This document shows positions 34,271 to 46,827 of a DNA stretch of 64,000 nucleotides, piece after piece. The DNA is from Histomonas meleagridis 2922-C6/04-290x. Its lineage: Eukaryota > Protista > Parabasalia. Below the pieces are notes generated by a model. The model made no database searches. It saw only the letters and a list, made by a program, of their open reading frames with translations, and was not told where the DNA came from. The stretch lies in contig JAANOX010000267.1 of the NCBI GenBank assembly GCA_020184695.1, forward strand, positions 1-64,000, in the 5' to 3' direction. How positions within the stretch are numbered: position 1 is the stretch's first letter; every line of letters begins with the position of its first letter. The position numbers and the translations under genes were made by a program.

Positions 34271-34714
34271 TCATTTTTTTAATAATGGTCGAGCAATATT
34301 TGGATTCAGCAAAATCATTGCTGAATCTCACCATGTTCTTTACTCATTTTTAGTTTTTTGAAGACCTAAGCTTTGACCTGTAATTGAAAACTGTCTTTCA
34401 GCTGTTGCTGAAGATGATGGTATAGACAGAAATTCCATAGCAATTTCTGCCAAATTATTCAATTTGGTATCAAGCTTACTGTACCAATATCTGAAGAGAT
34501 CAGGGTTTGGATCAATGCAATTTAGGTATTCATTAAATGCATCAAATTGATCATTATTATTGTTGGAACGGAAGAAATTGAAGTAATCATATTCGATGAT
34601 TTTATATGTTTCATTAGCTTTATTTTTTGAATTCCATAATTATCGAATCATTTGATCAGCAATATTAATTTCTTCTCTGGTTAAAACTTTATCATGGATA
34701 ATAAGGGCTATCAC
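34271..34714 (-). pseudogene. hAT transposase C-terminal dimerisation domain remnant
   Basis: Manual translation gives FRYWYSK..LAEIAMEFLSIPSSSATAERQFS. Confidence 0.8.
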
Positions 34715-34870
34715 TAGGGTTGGCCCACGATTAATCGATTAATTTTCGATACGAGTCACTTTTTTTATCGATAAACACCGATTAATAACGGTTTGAATCT
34801 CGATAAAAGCCACTTTTTTTATCGATAAAATCAATTTTGAAAAGTGACGTTATTTATCGATTTTATCGAA
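34715..34870 (+). mobile_element. Probable hAT-like element terminus with ATCGAT-rich subterminal repeats
   Basis: TAGGGTTGGCCCACGATTAATCGATTAA truncates the hAT remnant and is followed by repeated CACTTTTTTTATCGATAAA. No partner terminus found. Confidence 0.45.
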
Positions 34871-35544
34871 AATTCCTGGATTGAATGAAACGACGTCATT
34901 GGTTTCAATGTTATATAACTAAGTCAATAGGAATGATATTTACTGCAAGTGCAATTGAATTAGCATCCTTCAAGATATTTTAAATTTCTTATTTAATTAA
35001 ATTAATTAAAATTGATAATTTTTGGACGTCACAGACTAAATTAGTTCGTGATTTAAGTTCACAGATTTTATTTAAATCATCATTTTCTATTGTTGAAAAT
35101 GAATGTACATTTTCGATTACAAAAGCTTTTAAGTGATATATCATTTTTGTCATAATAATATATTCATTTTCAAATTTATTATCTTCATCTTCATTTGAAT
35201 CATAAATACGATGTACTCTCTTACAATGTTTAGAACTATTTGAAACAGTTTGAAATTTTTAGACATTTCCTACATTATGTGCAATGATAATGGGAAAGAT
35301 GGAATTATTTTTGTCGTCTATAATTTCTGGAGTCACTATATTCGAGTGTCGCTGTCGGAAAGTTATTTGTTTATGAGTACACATTTTTATTATTCTTTGT
35401 TTATGTATTTACATTTTGCTTTGTTATAATGCATATTGTGATTTTGAGGATTTTCATATGTTGTATGTTATATCAACTTTTGTTTTGATACTTTTCTTTC
35501 GATTGTTTTGTGCGAACATTTGTTGATTTTGATTGTTAGCAGTA

Positions 35545-35935
35545 TAAATAAAGTAAATTTACAATTTCTGTGTAACTTTCTTGTCGTGCAATTTGAATTG
35601 CTGTCAAATATTATTAAAGCATATTCTAAATTATTAAAACATATTCCAAATTATTAAAACATATTACAAATTATTCAAATGAATATTTTTTGCATTGACA
35701 TCAATTCCTTCTTTATCTAAAAGTAATTTTACTATTTCTATATTATTATTTCTAACTGCTATATGAAGTGCTGTTTCAAATTATTAAAACATATTACAAA
35801 TTATTAAAACATATTCTAAATTATTAAAACATATCCAAAATTATTCAAATAAATAGTTTTTGCATTAATATCAATTCCTTCTTGTTCTATAATATATTTC
35901 ACAAGTTCAACATTTCCTGATTCTGAAGCAAATGG
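35545..35935 (-). pseudogene. Ankyrin repeat fragment with two 80-nt inserts built from a 20-bp tandem unit
   Basis: FASESGNVELVKYIIEQEGIDINAKT / TALHIAVRNNNIEIVKLLLDKEGIDVNAKN / TAIQIARQES; inserts at 35775-35854 and 35605-35684. Confidence 0.75.
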
Positions 35936-37480
35936 CATAATATTTTTAGGATATATAATATATAATATATATACATAGTTGCATCTATGATTAATAAAAA
36001 ACTAAGAATTATATTATGATTAGCACGAGATAAATTTAAACTTTCATTCCAAAAAGTGACAGAAATCGACTTTTGCATGGTTTATGCTGAACGATAGTGG
36101 CGACGATAATTTATTTGATGTATTTTATTTTCTTTTTTTTAATTTTTGTATTTTAGCGAAATGCTCAATTTTATTGAATAAATATCTATACGAATTTAAT
36201 TTGCAAATTATCTTCAAAATATTGACTTGAGATACATTTATCAAGTAAATTATCTTCAAAATATTGACTTGATGTTAATTTCTCTATTTCTTATAATATG
36301 AGTCAATACCACCGTTTCTTGAGCATACTTTATTATGAAATTGTCTTTGAGAACGATACGAGCTGATTGAGTAATTTTTATACGTCCACTCATTCAAATT
36401 TGACTTCGAACCGCTTGAACATGTAGAATGATATCAATAACTTATAATTGTATTATAATCGTATATAGCGATCATCCTACATTCTTGATATTATAGATAT
36501 ATAATATATGAATACATATTTGCATCTATGATTAATAATAAACTAAGAATAATATCTTGATCTATTAAGAAATTAAAAATTCATAAATAATTTGAGAAAC
36601 AATGAAATATTACTTATTTTACTTGATTATAATATATAATCTTGATATCAAATTATTTCAAATCTAGCGAAAATATTAATAAACTCAAAAAATTTCAAAT
36701 ATATTGATGGCATATTCATATAATTTTCGTATATAAGTCATTTTTGATATGTGAATGCACATTCGGCCATATATTGGTACAAACGATACAAAACTTTCTA
36801 ACGATAACTTTTTTAAATATAATAACAGTTTTTTTATTATTAAATTTTTACAAGGGTACTTTTTCCATCTTCGCATGATAATTTAAAACCAATTGAAAAA
36901 TTAACATTCATCCTGTGTAATAATCTTTTCACGATACTTATGTTAAGACGAAATCCTCCTTTTATTGTCTTTTTTCTTTTCAACTGATTGAATGATTTTT
37001 GTTCGTTCTTCTATTCAAATTTGACTACGAATAGATCGTTAACCGATAACGATGTAATTCATGAATGATAAATTTACTATGATTTATGTTTGACCTAAAA
37101 TTTGTTTTTCGCAGATAGCAAAAAAACCATAATTTCAATCTCATTTAATGGTATTCATTCCAAATTTTGTAATTTTTTTTTTTTTTTTCCATGTTCGTAA
37201 TTCAAATTTCAAATATTTTATAATCGGCAACTAAAATTATTCGTAGTTCATAATATATAATGATCAATTTTACATATTCTCCTAAAATAAATCAATATCC
37301 CCTCATTGACGATTTCGTTATCCGAAACGATATAATCTATTTGTGTGATTTTTATTCGTTCTACCATTCAAATTTGACCATAACCCTTTTGGTTCTTGAA
37401 CTATATGAATTAATTGAAGATTAACTTTTTTTTTTTAATATGGGATTTGATTTTTGTTAAAGGCAATGTTCTTCTAAATT

Positions 37481-38230
37481 TTGCCAAAGGCAATGTTCTT
37501 AAAAAATTATAAAATAAACGATAAACATAGTAAAGAATCAATTGAATGTGTAACTAAAGCTTTATTTGAACTCTATAGTACAGGTTTATTTGATCCTAAA
37601 ATTATTCATTGTGATTCAGAAAAATCATTTTTATCAGAACCTTTACAATATATTTCAAATCATTTAATTGGTACTAAAATAATTCCTGTTGAAAGAATGA
37701 TATTTAAGAATAAATTATATCCTATACATTCATCTTAAGCTATAATTAATAGAATTTGTAGAACTATTAGAGATATGGCTGATAATATGGGTTCATAGTG
37801 TATTCAACCTTATGATATGAATAAAATTATACATTATTATAATCATACTTATCATAAAACATTATTTAAATCAAATCATAGAAAAATATCATCATTCGAA
37901 GCATAAGTAGAACAAAAATCTTTCGGTTTACCTTTACATTAATTCAATTATAAAATTATGAAACAAGAAAAATTCTATTTACCTCCTGGTACAACAGTAA
38001 CAGTTCATAAAACAGATCAATTAAAAAAGAGATCAAAAATATTACCATATATTTATATAGTAGATAATTTCGAAATAGGTAGATTTAATATACATAATGA
38101 AATATATAGAAGAATGTCAGTACCAAGATATTCATTAAATCCAGTTCCAAATGCAATTAATATATTTTCAAAAAAAGATGATCAAATATTCCATGATAAT
38201 ATTAAATTGATGTTTATTAATAATGAATAA
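37481..38230 (+). pseudogene. Maverick-type retroviral-like (rve) integrase remnant
   Basis: IIHCDSEKSF, HSS*AIINRICRTIRDM, IIHYYNHTYHKTL, and a C-terminal domain in 37958..38230; several in-frame stops. Confidence 0.75.
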
Positions 38231-38239
38231 ATATTTTTT

Positions 38240-38743
38240 TTAATAATATATTGAATTCATTTTGATTAATGTGTTATATTCTTTATGATATTGTGAACTA
38301 AAATCATAGTAATTAATCTTAATCGAGCTAACTTTTTTAATATAATTTACATTTATTAAACATTCAGGTTCATGATATCCATAACTTAATCTAACTTGAT
38401 TAAAATCAATTTCTAAAATTAAACTTATAGCTCGTACTAAATCATTAGCATTAATTATAATTTTTACATTATTATCAGTTAAATTTGCTATTAATTTTAT
38501 ATTATTTGTTTTTAATATTGCACTAAATGTTAAAGCGATATGTTTATATAAAGCACTAGCATTATCAGTATTGAGTTCAGTTTCTCTTGTAATAATTTTC
38601 GGTGATTCTTCATTAACTTCAGGATAATGTGCTGGTGGTTCACTATTGTTATTATTAATTATAACTTTACAATTAGCACTAGAACTATTATGTTCAGTAT
38701 TATTCTTCCCTACATGGGGTGAGAAATCACTAATTTTAATCAT
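38240..38743 (-). CDS. Hypothetical protein, probably Maverick-derived
   Basis: Intact 167-aa ORF lying between the integrase and ATPase remnants. Confidence 0.5.
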   Translation of the reverse strand: MIKISDFSPHVGKNNTEHNSSSANCKVIINNNNSEPPAHYPEVNEESPKIITRETELNTDNASALYKHIALTFSAILKTNNIKLIANLTDNNVKIIINANDLVRAISLILEIDFNQVRLSYGYHEPECLINVNYIKKVSSIKINYYDFSSQYHKEYNTLIKMNSIYY

Positions 38744-38779
38744 AAAAAATAATGATTTTAAAAATTTTTGTTTAATAAC

Positions 38780-39010
38780 TTACTCATCTGCTAGTCCATT
38801 AGGTGTACCAATTATTTCTACTACATAATTTTTGACTGCATCTAACATTATTTGTTCATGATTAGGATCATCTAACAAATCAGTAACAACTTTTTTACAA
38901 GCAGTTGAATAATAACTTTCACCTGTCTCTGGCAATTTATATTTTTTACCTGCAGCAATATCTGTAATATTACGTTGTTTTAATGAATTTTCTACTTTAG
39001 GAATAACCAT
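38780..39010 (-). CDS. Small hypothetical protein within the Maverick remnant
   Basis: ATG-initiated 76-aa ORF in tandem with 38240..38743. Confidence 0.4.
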   Translation of the reverse strand: MVIPKVENSLKQRNITDIAAGKKYKLPETGESYYSTACKKVVTDLLDDPNHEQIMLDAVKNYVVEIIGTPNGLADE

Positions 39011-39198
39011 TGTTTTACCTTAATGCAGAAAATACTTAAAGTATTGGACAATAACCCCTAATTCTTCCTCGATATTCACTATTATTTTTATAACGATTAA
39101 CGAAATCGTTATATGCATCTTGTTGCATTAAAAAAAATGATTTTGAAAAATAAAATTTTTTTATTCGATTTTTATATTTTGATTATTAACGTCAATAA

Positions 39199-39439
39199 TT
39201 ATTCTTCGATGACCACTATTTTATTTTCCCAATGATTATTTTTAATTTCATTATTAAATTGTTTCCATTTTAATATATCTTTAACTATATCTTCTGCTTG
39301 ATTTTCAGCTACATATAAAATTGGGATTTTAATTGAGGGTTTTAATGATTCAAATGTAGGATCATTTTCTAATCCATTTTTATTAATATAAATTAATAAA
39401 TGAGTTCTAGGACTAATATTACTATGACATAGTCGACGA
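39199..39439 (-). pseudogene. Fragment of Maverick A32-like packaging ATPase (post-Walker-A region)
   Basis: Manual translation PRTHLLIIY..KNGLENDPTFESLKPSIKIPILYVAENQAEDIVKDILKWK..NNHWENKI resembles parabasalid Maverick ATPases as recalled. Walker motifs are not present. Confidence 0.55.
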
Positions 39440-39568
39440 AACCTAAACCGAACTCTAGCCTATTAGCATCTATATAAGAAAATACATTCTCTTTTTTAAT
39501 TTCGTTATTTTTCTCTCTATTTTTTCGTTCTTTTATATCTTTAAACATTTGTAAATGTTTATTTGTTC

Positions 39569-39592
39569 TATATATATATATATATATATATA
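39569..39592. repeat. (TA)n microsatellite
   Basis: About 12 TA units visible. Confidence 0.9.
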
Positions 39593-40899
39593 AAAACGAT
39601 TCGAATGCTCTTAAATGTATACATGAGCTTTTAGGAAAGACTACATTTATTTTGAAAAATTGCCAGCTATCGGTTTTTACACAATTGAATGAATTCTATC
39701 ACCCAATTAAATCAAACATTATGAACAAAGAATTTGCATGGAGGATAACAGCTTTGTGCCGAATATGTTGTGCTTTACTTGATTTTAACGAGATGAGTAA
39801 TTGGAGATTGATTTTGCGTCAAAGGCTCAATCTCCCTGAATTACCTCTAAACATTTATCACAGAAGAATTCAAATTGAAAATCAAAGGAAATTGTTAAAT
39901 TTCCATAGGAGATCTGTGGATTAAAAAAAAAAAAAATGAGAGCAAAGATCACAATATAAAAGAAGAAATGAAAAACTAGATAAATCTGGTTATTTGGGGA
40001 AACCAAGTGAATCAACATGATTTCAATAACAAAATTGAATACATTATAAATTTTTACCACTTTTTGAATTGATAATTGACAAAAAAAAAAAGATTGGAAA
40101 AAATTTATATGTAGTCCCTGGTTTCGAAATATTTTTCAATATAATTTCAATATAATAGATTAAAAATGATTTGCTATAATTCTAAGAGAATGGAATGTCA
40201 ATTTTCTTTTTTAGAGTTTAGATATTCTAATTCATAAAAAAGTCGATCTTTTATATTTCAATATATAATGAATATTTTAACAAAAGAAAATCATATTCAT
40301 TTATATCATGAATTAATTTATTTATGATATTTATGATAATATTATTTATTGATCATGCGAAACTGGAGAAGAGCTCCAAAATTTGTGAAGCATTGAATCC
40401 GTCACAATGTGATCGACTTTTTGAATTCAAAGTTTTCGATTTGCAATTTTTTCGAATTGAATGCCTTTCAATTTCAATATAAAGCCTAAATTTATGATTT
40501 TACCCTTTGATTTGACGGTTATTTGAATAAGTAGTCGAAAAAAATTAATATCTATTATTTTCTATAATTATATACAATATTTTTTTTTTTAATTGTCATA
40601 TGAATAAAATCTGTTAATATCTAATATTTACTGAGATATTCACATTTTAAAAACTTAATTTTGAATTATGATATGGCCGGACTACACCCTTAATGAAGGA
40701 GCATTTTTAGTATATCTTCGAATATTTTCTTTAATTTTATCATTTAATACTTCAAGACTCAAATGTGGAAATGAATTTGTCTCTTTTCCATTTTTTGAAT
40801 TATTAATATCTATGGTTTGTATCGAATAAGTACAGTCTTCTAACTCCCAAGCTATTGGATAAAAATCATCCAAATCGTTTGATTTAACGTAAATTGAAC

Positions 40900-41777
40900 C
40901 AACAATACACATTTCATCGAAACTTGGTAATGTTAGTTAATCATCAATGTCATTTAAAGAATTGATATGTTTTACACTCGTATCATTAAAATCATACCAT
41001 TTGTGATTAATAAGGAATAAAATTGTATAATGCCCTAGGTTAATATTATTTAAAATGATATATAACTCAATGTAAAACAAATTTTTTTGTTATCAAAATA
41101 TCTGAACTAAATTTAGGAATTTTAAGTATTCTATAAATTTTAAAAGGGCTATTATCAAAATTCCAATTTTGATCTCAAGGTGCAATAGAAAGTATTAGAA
41201 TTTTCGAATAAGAATTGATAAACATTGTTCCATAAATTTTTTTTTCTGCTGTTATGTTTTCTGTGTGATAATATTTTCCTGATCATAATTTCACACTTTC
41301 TTCGCTTTTTCCATTCGGACATAATGGAATTTCTGAATCATCATAATTAGTTGTATTTGTTTTTAATTTTTCATTTGTGTTTTTTTGTTCTTTCAACGAA
41401 TCAAAATGAAGTGATAAATAAATTTTTGATTGATTTGAGAAGTGTCTCAATAATTGAATAAAAGATTTCGAAGAAATCTTGCTGACTATTTGAATTAATC
41501 GAAAACTCTTCTGACATTGTGTCGATAAAATCAAATAATTTAGTTGAATAATATTTCTGATTGTTGAATGTTTCAAATAATTTTTTGAATTTTATTGGAA
41601 ATGTAATACTGAAGCTAGTATATTTTTAATAGTTTCTGAAATTGGAGGACAATGTAATATCATCTGTAATAAACAATCAAAATAACATGTGTTATCAAAA
41701 TAAATAATACCATTAGGAACATTTTTCAAATTATCATTGGGTAAAGTCGATTGTGCAGACGAATTCATTTGTGACAT
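40900..41777 (-). pseudogene. Degraded ubiquitin-specific protease (C19) gene
   Basis: Cys box GIIYFDNTCYFDCLLQMILHCPP (41592..41777) and His box LGHYTILF..KWYDFNDTSV (about 40960-41040). Confidence 0.7.
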
Positions 41778-41999
41778 ACATTAATATTCATTCATAAATA
41801 TTGAATATTTATTTTTTTAGAAAGATAGCTTGTTTTGCACGCGTCACTTTTTGGCTATTCTGTTTATCTCATTAGCTATTATGTTCTGAAAAAAAGGAGA
41901 TTTACTTTTGCACGCGTTACTTTCTGAGATATTCAGTTTTGCACATCATATAAAAGCAATTGCAACGAGCTGTAATTAAAATCAAAATAATCAAATTGT

Positions 42000-42850
42000 T
42001 GAAAATAATAAAAAGAATAATATGGAAAATACTATCAAAAATATTATATTTCATCTTAAATCTTTTATGATACTAAATGGATATTTTTTTTCGGACATCG
42101 AAGATGAAGACTTAAATTCAATTTGTAATTTGGGATCAAGATCTTCACTAGTAAGGACAGTAGAAAAATTATCTCATTGAACACGGCAAAAAATAAAATC
42201 AATACTGAAAAATGCTACAATCATATCATTGGCTGTAGACGAATGGAGGGGCAGAATGAATAGGAGATATCTTGGCGTCACTGCAACAACTATAATAGAT
42301 TAACAATATCTAATTTTCAGTCGCACACAGACCTATGATGCAAAAGCATTGTACAGCAGAAGTAATTAGAAAACATTTAATGGAAATACTAGTTGAATAT
42401 AACATAAATAATCGTATTAAATGTGCAGTTACTGATAATGGTGGTGCAGTTCCTGCAGCATTCTATGATGAGCCAAACGATATTAATAATTTGCAAAGCC
42501 AATAGATTTCCTTGCATTTGTCATATAATTAATTTATATGCATAAACATTTCATATTGAATAATGATTTAAATGAATTTATGTGTGTAAAAAATTTATTT
42601 GACACGCCTTGTTTCATTGCATATTTGGAGAATGTAAACAGTCGAATCAAAAAAATTGCGAGCTATACTGAAATTTGATGGTAATCACAATTTAATATGT
42701 CAAATGATTTATTATTAATGTTGAAAAATCATATAAATAAATATAATGAATTAAACCAAATTACTAAAATCACTGAAGAATTCTGGGAAAATTAGAAACA
42801 TTGGCATAAAATTGCTGAGGTTCTTATATAATGTATTAGACTGGTATAGA
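42000..42850 (+). pseudogene. hAT transposase catalytic-core remnant
   Basis: IISLAVDEWRGRMNRRYLGVTAT and CAVTDNGG by manual translation; many stops and frameshifts. Confidence 0.7.
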
Positions 42851-43019
42851 CGATGCTGAACAATGTACCCCAAAACACATTCAAGATGAAGAAATCCCAG
42901 ATGTGATGTTTATCCCAAAATTTCTATCTGATTTTTAAAAACGTAATAAACTGAGCAGCAGAGGTACAGAAGAAGGTACAAGACTAATGAAAATGAAATT
43001 GATGAGTGGATGGAAACCG

Positions 43020-43420
43020 TAAGAAACTTGATACAAACAAAACCTGCTGATCAAATCATCAATGGTGATGAAACATCATGGCATATTCTGCCTTATCCAT
43101 GATAACATTGGAAGATGTTGGATCAGATGCTGTAATTATCAATGTTCATGATTCCGAAAAAACTATTATCTCTGTAATGGCCTCAATTACATTTGCAGGT
43201 ACCAGGCTTCCATTTTATAGCTAAAAAACCGACTAATTTGGTCGAACGAACACAGATTGGCAATCATACATTGATGATGATCCATTGCACAAGACAGGAA
43301 AAATCAAACAAATGGCGAAAGCATTTAAGTTATATTCATGAAAATCCTGGTGAAAGAATTGGTATGATTTACGCAATTCAGACTTTAATATGTGCTTGAG
43401 AACACATTAGCCCTGATGTA
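43020..43420 (+). pseudogene. DDE_1 (pogo/CENP-B-like) transposase fragment
   Basis: QIINGDETSW and KTIISVMASITFAGTRLP by manual translation. Confidence 0.6.
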
Positions 43421-44699
43421 ATAAGTGAAACTTGGTCAATATATTAAATTCAACTTCAATAAACATTTTTGATTTTATTTTCATTAATGATTGTGTTTAA
43501 AACAATATGTTGTGCAAATCTGATATCAGATAATATAATTTCGAAAAAAATTCTTTCCAAATTTGTCCATAAGATATATTACCGATTTGCTTTCGAAGCG
43601 CATGGAGATTAGTCACTAATTATTTGTTCATCGCAAAATATATGAGAAAATTCTAAATTTCTATCGGTTTGCCGATAGAATTCGCGAATTGTAGGAAATT
43701 TAGGGTTGTGCATTTAACAAGACAAGAATCAAATCATGGAAGATTTTCGGAAGGAAAGTATAATAAACTTTTTGCATAATTGAGTTATACATAAAAAAAA
43801 GTGAATTGTAATTGTGGGTAGTAATTCTATTATTCATAAATTATTGAAGTGCGTTTTCCGTGCATTCATGAAGGCAAGAATTTTAAATGTCCTGATCTAC
43901 CTGAGCTAATCTGAACGAGAAAAGCATTTAATTCATTTGAAGAAAAAGTGAATTGATTCAATCAATTTCGAATTTACGATATAAATGATTCAATGAATAT
44001 TAGATTCACGAAGTAAATCCGCTTATTCATTAATCATTCGATATAAAATTAATAATAAATAAATAGGAATAAACAGGAAAGAACAAAAAGAAAAAAAAAG
44101 TAAAAAGAAAACCAAAAGAAGAAAAGAAGGAAAAAAATTTGGTGTAAGAAATGAAAAAAACATGAGGTTCTTTGAGGAATTATTGACGCCGATTTTGTTT
44201 TACATGATGTCTGAATTATCTATTCAATTTTTTGAGGAAAGTTGTCAATTTTGAACACTCAATTCAAACTAGTTCGAATCATGTCGCCGATTAAACGGCA
44301 AAAGTGACACAAATAGTCATATTTTTATTTTTAGTTCAGAGCTTCCATTTTTCGATGTTTTTCCGTAATAAAATTTTAGCAAGACAGATCTTTGGAAAAT
44401 TACTTATTCAGATTATTAAATAAACCTACACATTTGAATGAACCTACATCACTTTTTTTGACCGTTAAAAGTAAGTTGAGGACCGTTTAGGTTCATTTTA
44501 TATCACAAAAAAAAAAAAGTACAAACGGAAGACCATTATTCGGAATGATCAAAATGAAACTATATCAGGCCCTATCAGAGTATTTATCAGAAACAGATTT
44601 TCGAGCAATTTTACGAGAATTTTCTGAAAAAAATTTAGAAAAATTATCGATAATTCATTAACCAGGCAGTGAAAATCTATCGAATTATTGAAGATTCCG

Positions 44700-46183
44700 A
44701 CACAATGGATATTACAATTAGTTCATTAGTCAAATCATTAAATATTGACAGGGGTAATTTAAATCGGAAGATATATAAAAAAGTACAAAATAAACCAGGT
44801 CACCCATCTTATTTAACACAAGACCAATAAGAAGAACTAGTTTTATATTTACAATTAAGATGTGAAGTCCACAAACCCATGACATTCAAAGATATGAATG
44901 ATCATATTTCAAATAATTTCAACATCGATGTTTGTCCATCATGGCACAATCATTTTATAAAACGACACAGTGATATGATTTGGATGACAACTGCATACCC
45001 ACATTAGAAAGGATGAATTTTTCTAATCAAACAAGATGGAGAAGCTCTCATTGATAATTAAAAAAAGTATGTTGAAAAAATTCCAACTGAATTAATTTTT
45101 AATATCGATGAGGTGGGTTTCCGAAAGTGGTCAGATAAAAAAAATAAAAGAGTAATTGCCCCGATTACTCTTAAGAATATCCGAATATCCTGTTGGAAGG
45201 TCAGGAAAACGTATGAGGGTACTGTCCTACAACCGTGGGAAATTTGAATGGGTAGTATCCGAAAGGTGTGAACTTAATTCAATCATAGTGGAGAATTTGA
45301 ATAAGGTGTAATATGCATTCGAAAATTGGCTTTCAATTTTTTTTCTGAAGAAATATTATAATTCAATTTCATTTTGAATAATTTACAATTTTCTCAATGT
45401 GTTTTGAACAAAAATAAAATTTGGCAAAAGGTAGTATTCATATTTCCCACGGTCGTAGGATAGTACTCGAATTAGTATTATATGTGCAATTTCTATGGCA
45501 GGTGACACATTGACACCGATGTTAATCACCCACAGACAGACAATTTACAAAGAACCTCAGGGTACTGGTATAAGAGATGGTGAGAATCTTATTCTTGAAT
45601 ATCAACCAAAATCTTATGTCAATGGCAGTTTATTTTCTAAATACATTGATCAAGTTATACTGAAGTACGTTAAGGAAATCAGAAAAAATGAATTATATGA
45701 AAATGAGCCTGCAGTTATATTTTGTGACAATTTCACAACACACCTTGCTGACAAATTGCTTCAAAAGCTTGCAGAAAATAATATTAGACTAATTACTATA
45801 CCTCCACATTCATCACACATCTTTCAACTGTTAGATCTTGTTACGTTCGGTGTCTTCAAAAAAGAGATGCTGAGAGTTACACCAAAATATAATAAAGGAA
45901 CAATTATAGATCGAATTGCAGAGGCATTGAAGTCAATTGAAATAGCAACGATTTCAGAAAACAATCGTTGGCATTTGAAATCGCCGGTTTTAATATTGAT
46001 TTCTCCACAGATCCCGAACGAGCATTAATTGACGAAGAATTTTTGAGAGAAAAAATGGACAAGTATGGGTTCATTGATAATCCTGATTATAAAATTTCAG
46101 GGGAATTTGAATTTGTCAATAAAAACGAATTTAATTATTTTTTTATTTTAACTTTTCTAACTCGAATAATCAGATTTTATTGA
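44700..46183 (+). pseudogene. pogo/DDE_1 transposase pseudogene interrupted by a MITE
   Basis: ELIFNIDEVGF, GKRISIICAISMAGD, PAVIFCDNFTTH, IPPHSSHIFQLLDLVTFGVFK. Confidence 0.85.
45218..45467. mobile_element. 250-bp MITE with about 32-bp TIRs and a degenerate 8-bp TSD
   Basis: ggtactgtcctacaaccgtgggaaatttgaat versus the reverse complement of 45436-45467 (4 mismatches). Flanks are cgtatgag and cgaattag. Confidence 0.8.
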
Positions 46184-46827
46184 TAATTTTCATAATTTAT
46201 TAAGAAAATACATTATTATTTCATATGATAATAGAAAATAAGAAAATAATTTAATAATTAAAAAGATAAAATTATTTTTTTTTAAAAAAACAAAAATATA
46301 TTTACAAAAAGTGATGAAGGTTTATTCAAAAATCTATATGTCGAAATCTCAATTTACAAAAAATGACATAACAAAAATCAAATCCAAGCATGCGACTTTT
46401 TTATCAACAATCTATAGCCTTTATATATACAAAATATAGAGTTATATATAGTGTTGCTGCAGTGACAATTATTGCGTCGTGAATATTATTCTATATAAAT
46501 AGTTTAAATTAATCGATAATTTCCTCAATAAAAATTTTGAAACTATATATCTGCAGGTGTTCAAAACCCACAATAAATTAATTTGAATTTGTAGTAATCA
46601 TTGTTTATTTACCAGAAACTTCATTGGCTTCTTTTCTGTTCTTCCAAATTCTCAATATAATTATAGGAAATACAATTTTTATATATTCTGTGTACACAAA
46701 ATCGATTATTACAGTCAAATTGTGAAAATACTTTACACCTTAAAATAATTTCATTGTTTATGTTTCCAATTTTGCTTTCACAGTATTAATCGAAATCGTT
46801 CACATTTACTTTATTAAAAATATTACC

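Noticed and set aside
35605-35854. 20-bp periodic repeats as a CRISPR-like array
   Set aside because: The units are directly adjacent with no unique spacers, there are no cas genes, and the context is eukaryotic.
36206-37380. Short duplications (aaattatcttcaaaatattgacttga x2; attcaaatttgac x3) and a 12-bp inverted match between 37309 and about 39100
   Set aside because: Short and AT-rich, with no TSD or coherent element boundaries.
39652-39924. 90-codon ORF as a possible transposase C-terminal fragment
   Set aside because: Non-ATG start and no diagnostic motif, so the family cannot be supported.
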